DNA from: a virus
Strand: one strand, 5' to 3'
Virus record (IMG/VR): IMGVR_UViG_2822706143_000001
Length of the DNA: 64,000 nucleotides
The notes below the pieces were generated by a model that did not search any database, had not been told where the DNA came from, and worked only from the letters and a program-made list of their open reading frames with translations. A program made the position numbers and the translations under genes. Below are positions 21,127 through 30,588 of this stretch, piece after piece; position 1 is the stretch's first letter; every line of letters begins with the position of its first letter.

Positions 21127-21351
21127 CATGTGTTATCGTAAAGGCTTTTTATCCTCTACTTCTTGCACTTCATATTAGTGCAAGTTCGGCATATGTTTTC
21201 ACTTAAAGTGTCGCGGTCTCGTGGAAGGATTATATCTTTTCACCTTCTATGCTCTGCCCCTGACTATACTTAGTATAGCCTTCGGTTCAAGTTAGGAATC
21301 TCACCCTTCTTGCTTAATACCGCAATTTTACTTCGGCACAATGTATCATCT
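21127..21351 (-). ncRNA. Group I self-splicing intron (IA-like, no homing endonuclease)
   Basis: 5' exon ends in U and the intron ends in G. P1 UUCGGU/GCCGAA with U.G; P3 UUGCGG/CCGCGA; P4 CAAG/CUUG; P6a GCUAUAC/GUAUAGU; J6/7 GCAGA; P7 GCAUA/UAUGC; P7.1 GAAGG/CCUUC; P8 CACUU/AAGUG; P9 CUUGCAC/GUGCAAG. Removal restores the reading frame. Confidence 0.93.
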
Positions 21352-22284
21352 ACCGAATACAGCAACACCAAGCTGGTTTGCTTTTACTTTATCGTCCATC
21401 TTACCTAAATCACCTAAGACGGCATTAAATACATCTGCAGAAGTTCCTTTACCTTTATTGAAATTGTCCCAAACCTTTTGAGTTTCTGGGCTCATTTCTG
21501 CAAAAGCTTCTGTTACACCTTTTGACCCATCTTGTACACGAATACCGAACTCTTTCACAAGATCGTTTATGTAATCGAGATTATATGAACCATCTTGCGT
21601 TCCATTTGCCATAATGGTAAACATCTCTTCTGCAGAAAATCCTGCTTGTTTAAATAAAGGCGCGTATTCGGAAATGTTATCAAACATTTCATTTGAGAAG
21701 TTTAATCCTGCTTGTCCACCAGAAGCTAAAAGGTCAAATGTCTCTTTTGCATCTAAACCGAACTGATTCATAAGCTGTCCGGCCCCTCGTGTAACCTCAT
21801 TCACATCCGTGTCAAAAGTTTTCGCAAGAGTCATAGCGTTCTGCGTAGCTCCCTGCATTTCATCGAAAGAAAGATTCTTCATGTTTTGACTTACTTGTAT
21901 TACAGCTTCATCAACTTCTTGAATACTTTCTCCAAATCCATCTTTCCAGGTATCTTTTGCAACATTACCAAGCTCTTTTGTAGCTTCTTTTGATAAACCA
22001 AGTGTAGATTCTAGCTTTCTGTTAGAAGCATCAAAATCAGACGCTACTTTTACAGCAGCAGCACCAATACCAGCTAAAGGCAATGAAACACCTGCGGTCA
22101 TATTTGCGCCTGTTTCTTGCATCTTGCTACCTACATGGCTAATTGATTCCCCTGCTTTTTGAAACTTATCATGCATTCCATTTGCAGTTTTTTGTACACG
22201 ATCTTCGAATTGTTGTAAATCTTTATAAGCGCCTTCTGCTTTAATACCAATCGTTCCGAACAGTTGGAACATTTCAGCTAACAT
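21352..22284 (-). CDS. Tail tape measure protein, exon 1
   Basis: MLAEMFQLFGTIGI start; TMP core (FSNEMFDNISEY, YNLDYINDLVKEFGIR). Confidence 0.9.
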
Positions 22285-22318
22285 TTACGCACCCCCTTTC
22301 ACGGGGCCGATAACCATT

Positions 22319-22738
22319 TTATTCTTCATCGTCTTCTTGGAAGTGAGCCATGATTTGAGCAACATGCGCTTCACACTCTTCTTTCGTCCATACTTCACCC
22401 ATTTCATAAGATGATTCTTTATCGTCCTGGGTGTCAGTTAGTCCAAAGGCTTGAAGATAATCATTAAAAGTAGTACCTTCTTCAAGTTGACGAGTTTGAA
22501 AGCCAATGAACGCCATCTTCTTCCACTCATTTAGTTCTTCTTGCTGCTCTTCTCGTGCAATTAAAGAAAACAGGTCCATTAAACGCGAATACGGTATTGA
22601 TAAGACATAATCATCTGTCCATCCATACCGTTTTTGGATTTTATCGAAAGCACGTAACATATTTTGTTCGGCTTCCTCTAAATATTCATCTGAATTTTCA
22701 TTTACGCTAGGTTCGGCGCCGCTGCTGATTGGCTCCAT
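22319..22738 (-). CDS. Tail assembly chaperone, frameshift extension (gpT-like)
   Basis: Overlaps the upstream chaperone in the -1 frame; that frame is open back to the slippery T TTT TTC at 22783-22777. Confidence 0.75.
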   Translation of the reverse strand: MEPISSGAEPSVNENSDEYLEEAEQNMLRAFDKIQKRYGWTDDYVLSIPYSRLMDLFSLIAREEQQEELNEWKKMAFIGFQTRQLEEGTTFNDYLQAFGLTDTQDDKESSYEMGEVWTKEECEAHVAQIMAHFQEDDEE

Positions 22739-23220
22739 TTCTCGCTCTGAACTTTCACGAGTCCCTTGACCTGGTTGAAAAAAGTCATTAAGTCTTCACT
22801 TTCTAATAGGCCCTGTATAACAGCAACCATTGCTTCCGGAGGGAACTGTCTAAACTCTTCTGCTTTCACTTTTAATAAACTAGCAAAGAACTCTGTAAAA
22901 TCATCCTCACAAGCAGGGATCATCGTTAGAACACGGAAAGCAAATTCTAATCCTTTTTGTTGCTGCTTTTCTTTAAGTGCAACTAATTGTGCTTGTTTTT
23001 CTTCTTCTGGAAGAGATTCTGCTGCTTTAGTTAGTTCATCCATTGCTTGCTTATCCTTACCGAAATCAGCAAAGTTAACTATTGCGTTGCGTCCAACCTT
23101 CGAAATAATCTTAGCGAATCGCCAAACGTCCGTTACATTTAATCGTCGCATTGTTACTTTTTCACCTAAGATTGTAATTTCTGTACCGATATTCATCATT
23201 TTTTCTAATATAGAAGTCAT
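22702..23220 (-). CDS. Tail assembly chaperone (gpG-like)
   Basis: Lies between the major tail and TMP genes. Confidence 0.8.
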   Translation of the reverse strand: MTSILEKMMNIGTEITILGEKVTMRRLNVTDVWRFAKIISKVGRNAIVNFADFGKDKQAMDELTKAAESLPEEEKQAQLVALKEKQQQKGLEFAFRVLTMIPACEDDFTEFFASLLKVKAEEFRQFPPEAMVAVIQGLLESEDLMTFFNQVKGLVKVQSEKWSQSAAAPNLA

Positions 23221-23278
23221 TTTGTCCGCTCCTTTTTTGTATTCAGCTCGTTTTATGCAATAGAAAACCGACTACCAT

Positions 23279-23881
23279 TTATGCGGTAGCCGGTGCTTTT
23301 TGTACTGTTACTTTCTTTTTCTTTGGTAAATAGATTTCGTATGGTGGTGTAGTTGGTGCAGATTCACTGTAATGACCGATAAATTTACATTTCAAACCAA
23401 CCGTTCCTTTACCGTCTTTTAGATCTACTTCAATAGATGAAACTACCATTGCATTACGAATTACAAAAATGACTGGTAGCTCACTACCCGAAATCATACC
23501 AATGAGTGCAATATCATGATAGTTTGAATCCGGAATATCATTTGAAGGTTTCATAATATCGTAATCTGTTTCAGTTGTACTATCTACCGTCATCCCTGGT
23601 AAAGCTAACTGCAGGTTTTCTTTTGTAAACTCTACTAATGTAAGTTCTACATGTGGTTCATCTTTTAATAACCACTTACCACGCACCATTTTACCTAGTA
23701 CACCATCAATATCTGCATCATAATACTCACGATCAAAACCTACTTTAGTTCCGCCTGTAGTCGCTCCTACAAGCTCACCTAATTCTTTTACACTTTTAAA
23801 ACCTTTGTACATGACACCAGGGCCAATAACAAAATTATCAGTAGTCCCTTCACGGACACCATTAATTAATTTCCAACTCAT
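23279..23881 (-). CDS. Major tail (tube) protein
   Basis: GELVGATTGGTKV, LTLVEFTKENLQLAL; canonical position. Confidence 0.8.
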   Translation of the reverse strand: MSWKLINGVREGTTDNFVIGPGVMYKGFKSVKELGELVGATTGGTKVGFDREYYDADIDGVLGKMVRGKWLLKDEPHVELTLVEFTKENLQLALPGMTVDSTTETDYDIMKPSNDIPDSNYHDIALIGMISGSELPVIFVIRNAMVVSSIEVDLKDGKGTVGLKCKFIGHYSESAPTTPPYEIYLPKKKKVTVQKAPATA

Positions 23882-23893
23882 TTGTCCTACCCC

Positions 23894-24316
23894 CTAATAC
23901 AAGTCCGTTCGCATGGTTCGGACAAGAAATTTCGCATTTATATGAATGATAGATGGATCTTCATCCGGTACCGGCAGTTTACCGGCTCGATGTATAGAAA
24001 GTATCCCATCATCTTTTAAACCAACTTCTCTATCTAGTAACTTTTCAATACGTGTAGCAATTAACTTTGCCTTATCATAATCCCCATTATCACAATACAC
24101 ATCGAAATTTAGAATCATACGATCTATAATTTCAACATCATCGGGATTATCTGCTTCAATTCTCATAACTACATAAGGCATTTCCATATCATCTTGTGCA
24201 GTTTGGAATGAAAGAGCAGGGCCTTTGTCCTCGCCTTCACCATATTCTGATAGATTAGCTTTTATTATTTCATCGTTCTCTACAAGCATTCTAATAGCTG
24301 CAATAGCATTAGACAT
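23894..24316 (-). CDS. Tail terminator / DUF3168-like
   Basis: MPYVV..., FDVYCD motif; position. Confidence 0.7.
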   Translation of the reverse strand: MSNAIAAIRMLVENDEIIKANLSEYGEGEDKGPALSFQTAQDDMEMPYVVMRIEADNPDDVEIIDRMILNFDVYCDNGDYDKAKLIATRIEKLLDREVGLKDDGILSIHRAGKLPVPDEDPSIIHINAKFLVRTMRTDLY

Positions 24317-24320
24317 ACAA

Positions 24321-24731
24321 TTACCCTCCCATCATTCTTTTAAGCTCTCTGCGTTCTTTTTCAAACGCTTTTAATAGGAATGGGCGGGCTTCCATATGAC
24401 TCGTACCAGTTTCAAGCCATATTGCTTTCTGCAAGTCGCTTCCTACTGCACCCAATACCTCTGATTGTGACCGTTTAACATTGTATTTAATCGAATTTAA
24501 CAAGTCACCGGTACGAACAGCAGGAGCTTCACCTGGTTTAGAAGCAGTATATTTACGACTCGTATGAGGTATTTTGTATTGTTTACCGCTACGGCTACCC
24601 GTGAGATTCTTCTTCACTTGATTTTGTAAATGAATAGATGCTGCTGTGACCTTTTCAACACACATAGCGTTAATATGCGTCTTGATTTGCTCCATATTGC
24701 TTGAATACTCAATTTCTACTGAATTAGCCAT
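24321..24731 (-). CDS. HK97 gp10-family neck protein
   Basis: PAVRTGDLLNSI, LETGTSHMEARPFL. Confidence 0.85.
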   Translation of the reverse strand: MANSVEIEYSSNMEQIKTHINAMCVEKVTAASIHLQNQVKKNLTGSRSGKQYKIPHTSRKYTASKPGEAPAVRTGDLLNSIKYNVKRSQSEVLGAVGSDLQKAIWLETGTSHMEARPFLLKAFEKERRELKRMMGG

Positions 24732-24737
24732 ATAGAA

Positions 24738-25106
24738 TCATACCTTTTCGCAATAAATTTCAATGTGGTGATTCATAAACGCAGGATTGCGCGGTTCTCC
24801 TTTAACTTCAAACGTATAATCAACACCTAATTCTTCACTTTTGAAATGAATACGATCATTAGGTTTAATTTTGTAAGAAGCAGGCGCATATATCTTAAAT
24901 GTTGTATCAAAATTTTGTTTATCACGCTTAAACCTCTCATTATCAGCAGCAGAATTAGTAGTTACACGACAAGTCATATTCTCATAAACGTCTTCATCTA
25001 CTTCTGCATAATTACCTGAGGATTGTTTCTTTTTCATTTTTCGTTTTACTACTACCTCATGAATATATAAATCATCCATATCGCCATCATCGAAGTACGT
25101 ATTCAT
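24738..25106 (-). CDS. Head closure / head-tail adaptor
   Basis: IKPNDRI, NPAFMNHHIEIYC; position. Confidence 0.7.
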   Translation of the reverse strand: MNTYFDDGDMDDLYIHEVVVKRKMKKKQSSGNYAEVDEDVYENMTCRVTTNSAADNERFKRDKQNFDTTFKIYAPASYKIKPNDRIHFKSEELGVDYTFEVKGEPRNPAFMNHHIEIYCEKV

Positions 25107-25639
25107 GTAGCCATCACCGGCTTAACTCTTGCTCTAAAGCCTTTTAAACCATTGAGTATCTTATTGTTCGTAGCTGGTTCATCTAGCGTTTCTGGGCTAA
25201 TCTGGTACGAATAATCCCCTATACTCTCCGATGTCTTCATACCTTTTCGTTGTAAGTTAGCGCGAACTACTGCAGAAACAACCAAATCAATAATACATTT
25301 CTTCATAAGTACCTGCAGATCATCATAATCTTGTATCTTATATTCGAATTCATATAACTGATTTTCGGATAAACCATAAACAATACGCCCATTTACAGTA
25401 ATAGAATCGGTCATATCTTGTTTCGAACTAACATGAGTTACTTTTGCTATAGATTCAGCAGGAAAAGAAATCCAAGCTAGTTTGCTTGTTTGAATGACTT
25501 CTTTCATTGGATTCTCCGGTTTTACTCGTAAATACTTTCTAGCAATAACCGCATAGTAATCTATTAGTTCTTGAATAACTGTATCAGGCATCTTCTGTAC
25601 ATTTACGCGGTCTTTAATGTCCTGCAAGGTAATATCCAT
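25103..25639 (-). CDS. Head-tail connector
   Basis: KTSESIGDYSYQ motif. Confidence 0.75.
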   Translation of the reverse strand: MDITLQDIKDRVNVQKMPDTVIQELIDYYAVIARKYLRVKPENPMKEVIQTSKLAWISFPAESIAKVTHVSSKQDMTDSITVNGRIVYGLSENQLYEFEYKIQDYDDLQVLMKKCIIDLVVSAVVRANLQRKGMKTSESIGDYSYQISPETLDEPATNNKILNGLKGFRARVKPVMAT

Positions 25640-25803
25640 TATGTTTCTTTCTCCTTCTTATCGACTTCTTTTACAAGTTCAAAATGTCCAGTACTTACAA
25701 GGTAATCAGCTTTATCATTTGCTATTGTTTCTTCTTGGCCATTCTTAAACTTTTGTCCATAAGCGGTATAAGTACCACCTAATCGCAGCGTAACTACTTT
25801 CAT
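25639..25803 (-). CDS. Small head-associated protein (YqbF-like)
   Basis: MKVVTLRLGGTY..YG..F.NG....DYLVSTGHFE; follows the capsid gene as in skin/PBSX-like phages; AAAGGGGTG RBS. Confidence 0.6.
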   Translation of the reverse strand: MKVVTLRLGGTYTAYGQKFKNGQEETIANDKADYLVSTGHFELVKEVDKKEKET

Positions 25804-26093
25804 AATTAACACCCCTTTCACGAATGTAAACTAATTATTAAAAGTTTACTTTTTAACACGTTTTTGATATCCAACATATAGTACTATGAGCATTCACAAT
25901 ATAGCCTAGGTCATTGCTGTGTTTTTTCTCATTGAAAATACGAATGTAAACTAATCAATGAAAGTTTACATTCGTATTGTTGGTTTTATTGGTTCTGTCT
26001 CGTTTTCCGTTAAAAACAAGAAAATATTAAAAAAGTATACATTCAAAACCCTAATAACAAAGGGTTTATTACCATAAAAAATACGCCTGGATA

Positions 26094-27071
26094 TTAAGCT
26101 CCAAACGTATCCGGAATATTTGTTAGGATTGCTACTGCATCCAATTCTTGAATTACAGCATCATCATCAAAGTGAATTACATAGAATCGTTTATCTTCCA
26201 TTACTGCAGATTTACCTTCTGTTGTTTTACGAATACGAGTTTCGTATGTGTTAACAGCAATAAAGTTACGTGGATCTGCAAGAATAATAACATCATCCGT
26301 TAAAGAAGGAACTGTAACAATTCCGTATCCCATCGGTTTATTAACTTGATCTCCTGCTCCAAGTAATGCAGCGTCACCAGCACCTGTAGGACGATTTGTT
26401 AAATACTCAATCCATTTTTCTCTACGATTTGGCGACATGATCCAACGTAGATTACTATTCTTATATTTGTTTGGCATAACACCAGATAACGCAAAGATTG
26501 AACCTTTACCAAATCCATTTGCTTTTGCTTCTTCTCCTGTACCAGTCACTAATTTAGCGTGGTCAATAATATGCGATTCTTTAGATTTTAAGATTTTCTT
26601 TAACCAACCATCGTTAATTGATAAGAATGGATCCGATGATTCAATATCACCATTCCAGTGTAAATCCTCTAAATCAACCCCCGTTTGAGATGACATAAGA
26701 GTCATTACTGTATCTTCAAAACCTTCACCTTCAATATTTTCACGAAGAGTTTCTTCTGTAATTTCCCAAGGTAGGCGGAGTGCTTTTGTATTGTATGGAA
26801 TAGTTGATGTAGTAACACCTGCACGGTAATCCTCATCTTTATTTTCTGTTTTCTTACGTAGAATGCGGCCGCCAATACCAACTTTATCAAGTACACCTTG
26901 TTTTGCTTTACGCATCTCTTTTCGATGTAATTGAGAGAATGGTGTTGCGTCAAATGCCATTCTAAAGAATTCTTTGCTTTGCTCTGGATTTAATAAACCA
27001 GAAGAAACTGAACCTGTAGTAATTGTCTTTTCAATTTTAGATAAACGATTTAATAATTGTTGATTGTTCAT
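26094..27071 (-). CDS. Major capsid protein (HK97 fold, XkdG/YqbE-like)
   Basis: GLLNPEQSKEF, LRENIEGEGFEDT, INDGWLK. Confidence 0.9.
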   Translation of the reverse strand: MNNQQLLNRLSKIEKTITTGSVSSGLLNPEQSKEFFRMAFDATPFSQLHRKEMRKAKQGVLDKVGIGGRILRKKTENKDEDYRAGVTTSTIPYNTKALRLPWEITEETLRENIEGEGFEDTVMTLMSSQTGVDLEDLHWNGDIESSDPFLSINDGWLKKILKSKESHIIDHAKLVTGTGEEAKANGFGKGSIFALSGVMPNKYKNSNLRWIMSPNRREKWIEYLTNRPTGAGDAALLGAGDQVNKPMGYGIVTVPSLTDDVIILADPRNFIAVNTYETRIRKTTEGKSAVMEDKRFYVIHFDDDAVIQELDAVAILTNIPDTFGA

Positions 27072-27091
27072 ATTGTTTATTCCTCCTTATA

Positions 27092-28294
27092 TTACAAATT
27101 TAAATTTGAGAATACTGATTTTTTTATTGGTTGTTGTCCTGGTGTAACTTCTTCATCTGGATCTAAACCTTTACGGATAGAAGCAGCATTTTCGATATTT
27201 TCAATTCGCTTTGTAATTGGTTCTAATGCTTTTTGAATAACTGCTGCAGCTTTTTCTTCCTCTGTTTGCTCTTCTGGCGTCGGTTCTACCTCTTCACCAT
27301 TCACCTGTTTTTCAATCTTTTCTAACTTAGTAGCTAGTGGTTCTACTGCTTGTTTAACAATCTCTGCAATATCTTCTGCTTTCATTTCATCTTCCTCCTG
27401 TGGTGAAGCAGCTTCTTTTATTTCAGTAATTAAAGCTAATGCTTCATCTAATTTTGTATGATTCTTTTGGGATAATACTTTACCCGCTTTTTTAATACTT
27501 TCTAAAACAATGCTTTCTGCTTGTACACTGTCTTCTGATTTCGCAATGGTATAACCACCTTTAATAGAAGAAAGTATGTCCTTCATATCATCAAGAGCAG
27601 CTACCATACGATCGATATCGGGATTACTTTCCCAAATCTCCCAATAGAACACATCTTCAAACAAATTAAAGACAGCTCGTAAATCACGCTTTTGTTTTTC
27701 ATCAATAAAGCGGTCTTTTACTTCGCCTTTTGTGATTTTGTGAGTTTCACCTTTAACGAAATCTAACATCTTTCGAATAAGGCCTTTATCTTCATGAGTA
27801 AAATCATCAGTCTTGGCGATTTCTACTCGTTCACCAAATCCACCCATAGAAAAACCGGTAACTTCACCTTTTTTAATTTCTTCCCAGGTGTCTGCATCAT
27901 CAACACGAACAGTCATAAGCCATGTTCCTGCTTGTACTTCTTGTTCGCCTACTGTCATATCACTTTTAGCAATCCAGTTTTCAACAACTGTCCCTTTACC
28001 AGCGATTTCATCATGTTGCTTGTCAATGTGTTGGTAATTCTCCATAAAGGTATAAGCAGCCTTTTCAATTTCTTCTGCTGTCATTTTATCCCCGTGTGAA
28101 TCTTCTACATCAGGTTCATATACTACACCTGTAACAAGCTGCTTCTCTTCCTCTGTTTTAAGGATTGGAACTTGCTTTGATATATTTGGTTGTTTAGCAG
28201 ATTCGCTTTTCATAATGGCGAATTGACGACCATTAGCGCCTTTTGTAACTAATGAAACATAGCTGATATTGGCGTTTTTTAGTTCGTATCCCAT
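27092..28294 (-). CDS. XkdF-like prohead protease with C-terminal scaffold
   Basis: ISYVSLVTKGANG, VYEPDVEDSHGD, GEVTGFSMGG. Confidence 0.88.
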   Translation of the reverse strand: MGYELKNANISYVSLVTKGANGRQFAIMKSESAKQPNISKQVPILKTEEEKQLVTGVVYEPDVEDSHGDKMTAEEIEKAAYTFMENYQHIDKQHDEIAGKGTVVENWIAKSDMTVGEQEVQAGTWLMTVRVDDADTWEEIKKGEVTGFSMGGFGERVEIAKTDDFTHEDKGLIRKMLDFVKGETHKITKGEVKDRFIDEKQKRDLRAVFNLFEDVFYWEIWESNPDIDRMVAALDDMKDILSSIKGGYTIAKSEDSVQAESIVLESIKKAGKVLSQKNHTKLDEALALITEIKEAASPQEEDEMKAEDIAEIVKQAVEPLATKLEKIEKQVNGEEVEPTPEEQTEEEKAAAVIQKALEPITKRIENIENAASIRKGLDPDEEVTPGQQPIKKSVFSNLNL

Positions 28295-28407
28295 CGTTTT
28301 ACCTCCTTCCCTATAAATATTGGGGTTCCACTGTCAAAACGCATAGCAGCCAATTTAAAGCCTTATACGTTTTGACGATGAAACCCCAATTAAATAGGTG
28401 TATTTTA

Positions 28408-28926
28408 TTACTCTTCTGAAATCATAGTACATCGGCAATGCGGATGAGCTGGTGGGCACATCTTTCCATTACTAAATAGATCATCAATATCTACCGTTTC
28501 CCCATGTAAACCACCACATTCTTTACAAACACGCTCATCGTTTCCTGTAAGCCATGTTTTCTTGTTTCTATTTGCGCCCTTATAAGCAATTAAATTGCCG
28601 TAATTCATTGCATATGTAGTTTCTGTACGTGCAATCATCATCGCTCTGTAGTTGCTCGCTTCTGACATTACATCTGCAATGGAAACACTTAATGCATCGA
28701 CACCCATTCCCTCACTAAGATTCTTTAGCATTGTTTCTCTTAATCTATCTTTAGTGGTTTCATGGATTCCCTTTGCTAATTCAAAAGCGTAAGTAGCTAC
28801 CCATTTTGCAGCAACGTCACCAATTGGATCTAATACCATCCAGGTTAAACCGTTAGAAGCTGTAGTACTCTGTACAAACTCTGTTACATCATCCTGTAGT
28901 GTGTCCGTGACTTCATCGACAAACAT
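28408..28926 (-). CDS. Minor head protein (Mu gpF/SPP1 gp7-like)
   Basis: IARTET, CKECGGLHG, PPAHPHCRC. The frame stays open 46 codons upstream, to the T7 run at 29064-29070. Confidence 0.85.
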   Translation of the reverse strand: MFVDEVTDTLQDDVTEFVQSTTASNGLTWMVLDPIGDVAAKWVATYAFELAKGIHETTKDRLRETMLKNLSEGMGVDALSVSIADVMSEASNYRAMMIARTETTYAMNYGNLIAYKGANRNKKTWLTGNDERVCKECGGLHGETVDIDDLFSNGKMCPPAHPHCRCTMISEE

Positions 28927-29039
28927 TTGTCGTTCCTCATCCCAATCAATACTATCAAGAAATTCATCAACTTCTGCTTCATTAATTACAGGAACAAATT
29001 CTTCATCTGCTTTATTAATACGAATTACGGGAAGCAGGT

Positions 29040-30521
29040 TTAAGAGCCGTTTTCCCTGTTCAGAAAAAAATCAGCTACCTTCTTTTGCATAGCTTTCTCT
29101 ATTTCTTCATGCTTTTCCCTAAATGTATTAATAGCAATTAAGTTATCTTGCTCATTATCTGCAGCTTTTGCAATTGGTTCCGGTAGAGAAGATTCAGTTG
29201 TACCATCAAAGAATTTATCCCCTTCTGGTACAGGTTCATAACCTACTACCTTACGGGACTCATTCAGTTTTAATATTCCACCTTCATAACTGTCTTTTGC
29301 ATACTTTAAATCCGCTTCACGGTCATCCGTATCAATTTCATTTAATTTGAAATGCCAATCTAAACTACCTAGTATTTCAGCGAATACACGGAACAATTGA
29401 TTGTTCAATCGATGCTCTAGGATTTCTTGACCAGGCTCTATAATAGAGCGCTTGTACATCTCGTTCATTTCTTTAGCAGTTGTTTGCCCCAATGAACCTG
29501 TCATAGCCCAGCCGATACGATAAGGCGGTACACGATGGGCCACACATATCTCCATTGCGCTATCCTGTTTATATAAACGGAAACTACCTTCTTTTACATC
29601 TGGACTAATCTTTTCTAACCTTGCTTTCGCACCATCTGGCACAGGTACAACGGCTAATTTATGATGTTCTCCTTTTGTTTCTGCAGAGAAGAATGCTTTC
29701 AGTTCATTTTCTGTTCCAGAATCTACTTCATCGACTCCCTCAAGAAATAAAATGGAATCCGGGATGGTTTTACCTGTAAAAAAGTCGATATTGTAATCTC
29801 TTGCTGCTTGTGAACCCACTATTGAACCTATAGAACTAACGTAATTAGGTATTCCATAATAAGAAGAACGAGAACCAAATTTACGAATAACAATTACTTC
29901 TCCGGCTTTTTCTGTTCCATTTCCTGCAAGATCATCTGCACCTAAAGGCCTACCATCAGCAAGATGATAATCATTTGGATAATTAAACTTTTTAAACCAG
30001 ATTTCTTTATTGTTTACAATTTGAGCAAAGCGTATTTTGTCCTTATGAGCACGTACTGTATGTCCTGGTATATGATAAAGCTCTACCGGACTTTCACCTT
30101 TATTATCACGAACAACTTCAATAATGCCCCAGCCAACTGTTTCATAATCCTCCCATACAGCTCTAAGAATTTCTGAACTTGTCATTTCTGGGTTGCACTT
30201 CCGCATGAAATTTTTTAGCATCTCATATTGCTCCTGGCTCGCTGCTTCTTTCACTTCTTCAAAAGGTGCGAAGTCAAAACCGACACCTGCAATATCATCC
30301 ACTTTGGCACTAATACAAGCAGAATGAATAGGGTTACTTTCCTTTATATCCATCAGTACCTTCATATCATAAGGGGGCTTAACCAATCCCTTATCTCCAT
30401 ATATTTGTGCGAATGGGTCAACTGCCATTTGTTTGCTGTTATCTTCCTTATTTTTTGGATCATCTGCAGCTTTATTAACGCTAATTACTTTTACATTATT
30501 TATGGTTTTCTTGTCGCTCAT
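29040..30521 (-). CDS. Portal protein (PBSX/XkdE-like)
   Basis: HSACISAKVDDIAGVGF, YYGIPNY, HRVPPYRIG, IIEPGQ. Confidence 0.9.
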   Translation of the reverse strand: MSDKKTINNVKVISVNKAADDPKNKEDNSKQMAVDPFAQIYGDKGLVKPPYDMKVLMDIKESNPIHSACISAKVDDIAGVGFDFAPFEEVKEAASQEQYEMLKNFMRKCNPEMTSSEILRAVWEDYETVGWGIIEVVRDNKGESPVELYHIPGHTVRAHKDKIRFAQIVNNKEIWFKKFNYPNDYHLADGRPLGADDLAGNGTEKAGEVIVIRKFGSRSSYYGIPNYVSSIGSIVGSQAARDYNIDFFTGKTIPDSILFLEGVDEVDSGTENELKAFFSAETKGEHHKLAVVPVPDGAKARLEKISPDVKEGSFRLYKQDSAMEICVAHRVPPYRIGWAMTGSLGQTTAKEMNEMYKRSIIEPGQEILEHRLNNQLFRVFAEILGSLDWHFKLNEIDTDDREADLKYAKDSYEGGILKLNESRKVVGYEPVPEGDKFFDGTTESSLPEPIAKAADNEQDNLIAINTFREKHEEIEKAMQKKVADFFLNRENGS

Positions 30522-30588
30522 ATCCTTTGTATGTCCTCCTTTCTTCTATTAATAGAGCAAAATAAATAGCCGAACAATAAATGCTCGA

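Noticed and set aside
19123-21129. Stand-alone 668-aa gene starting at ATG 21129, or a TMP pseudogene
   Set aside because: The G of that ATG is the intron's terminal G and there is no RBS; splicing explains both ORFs.
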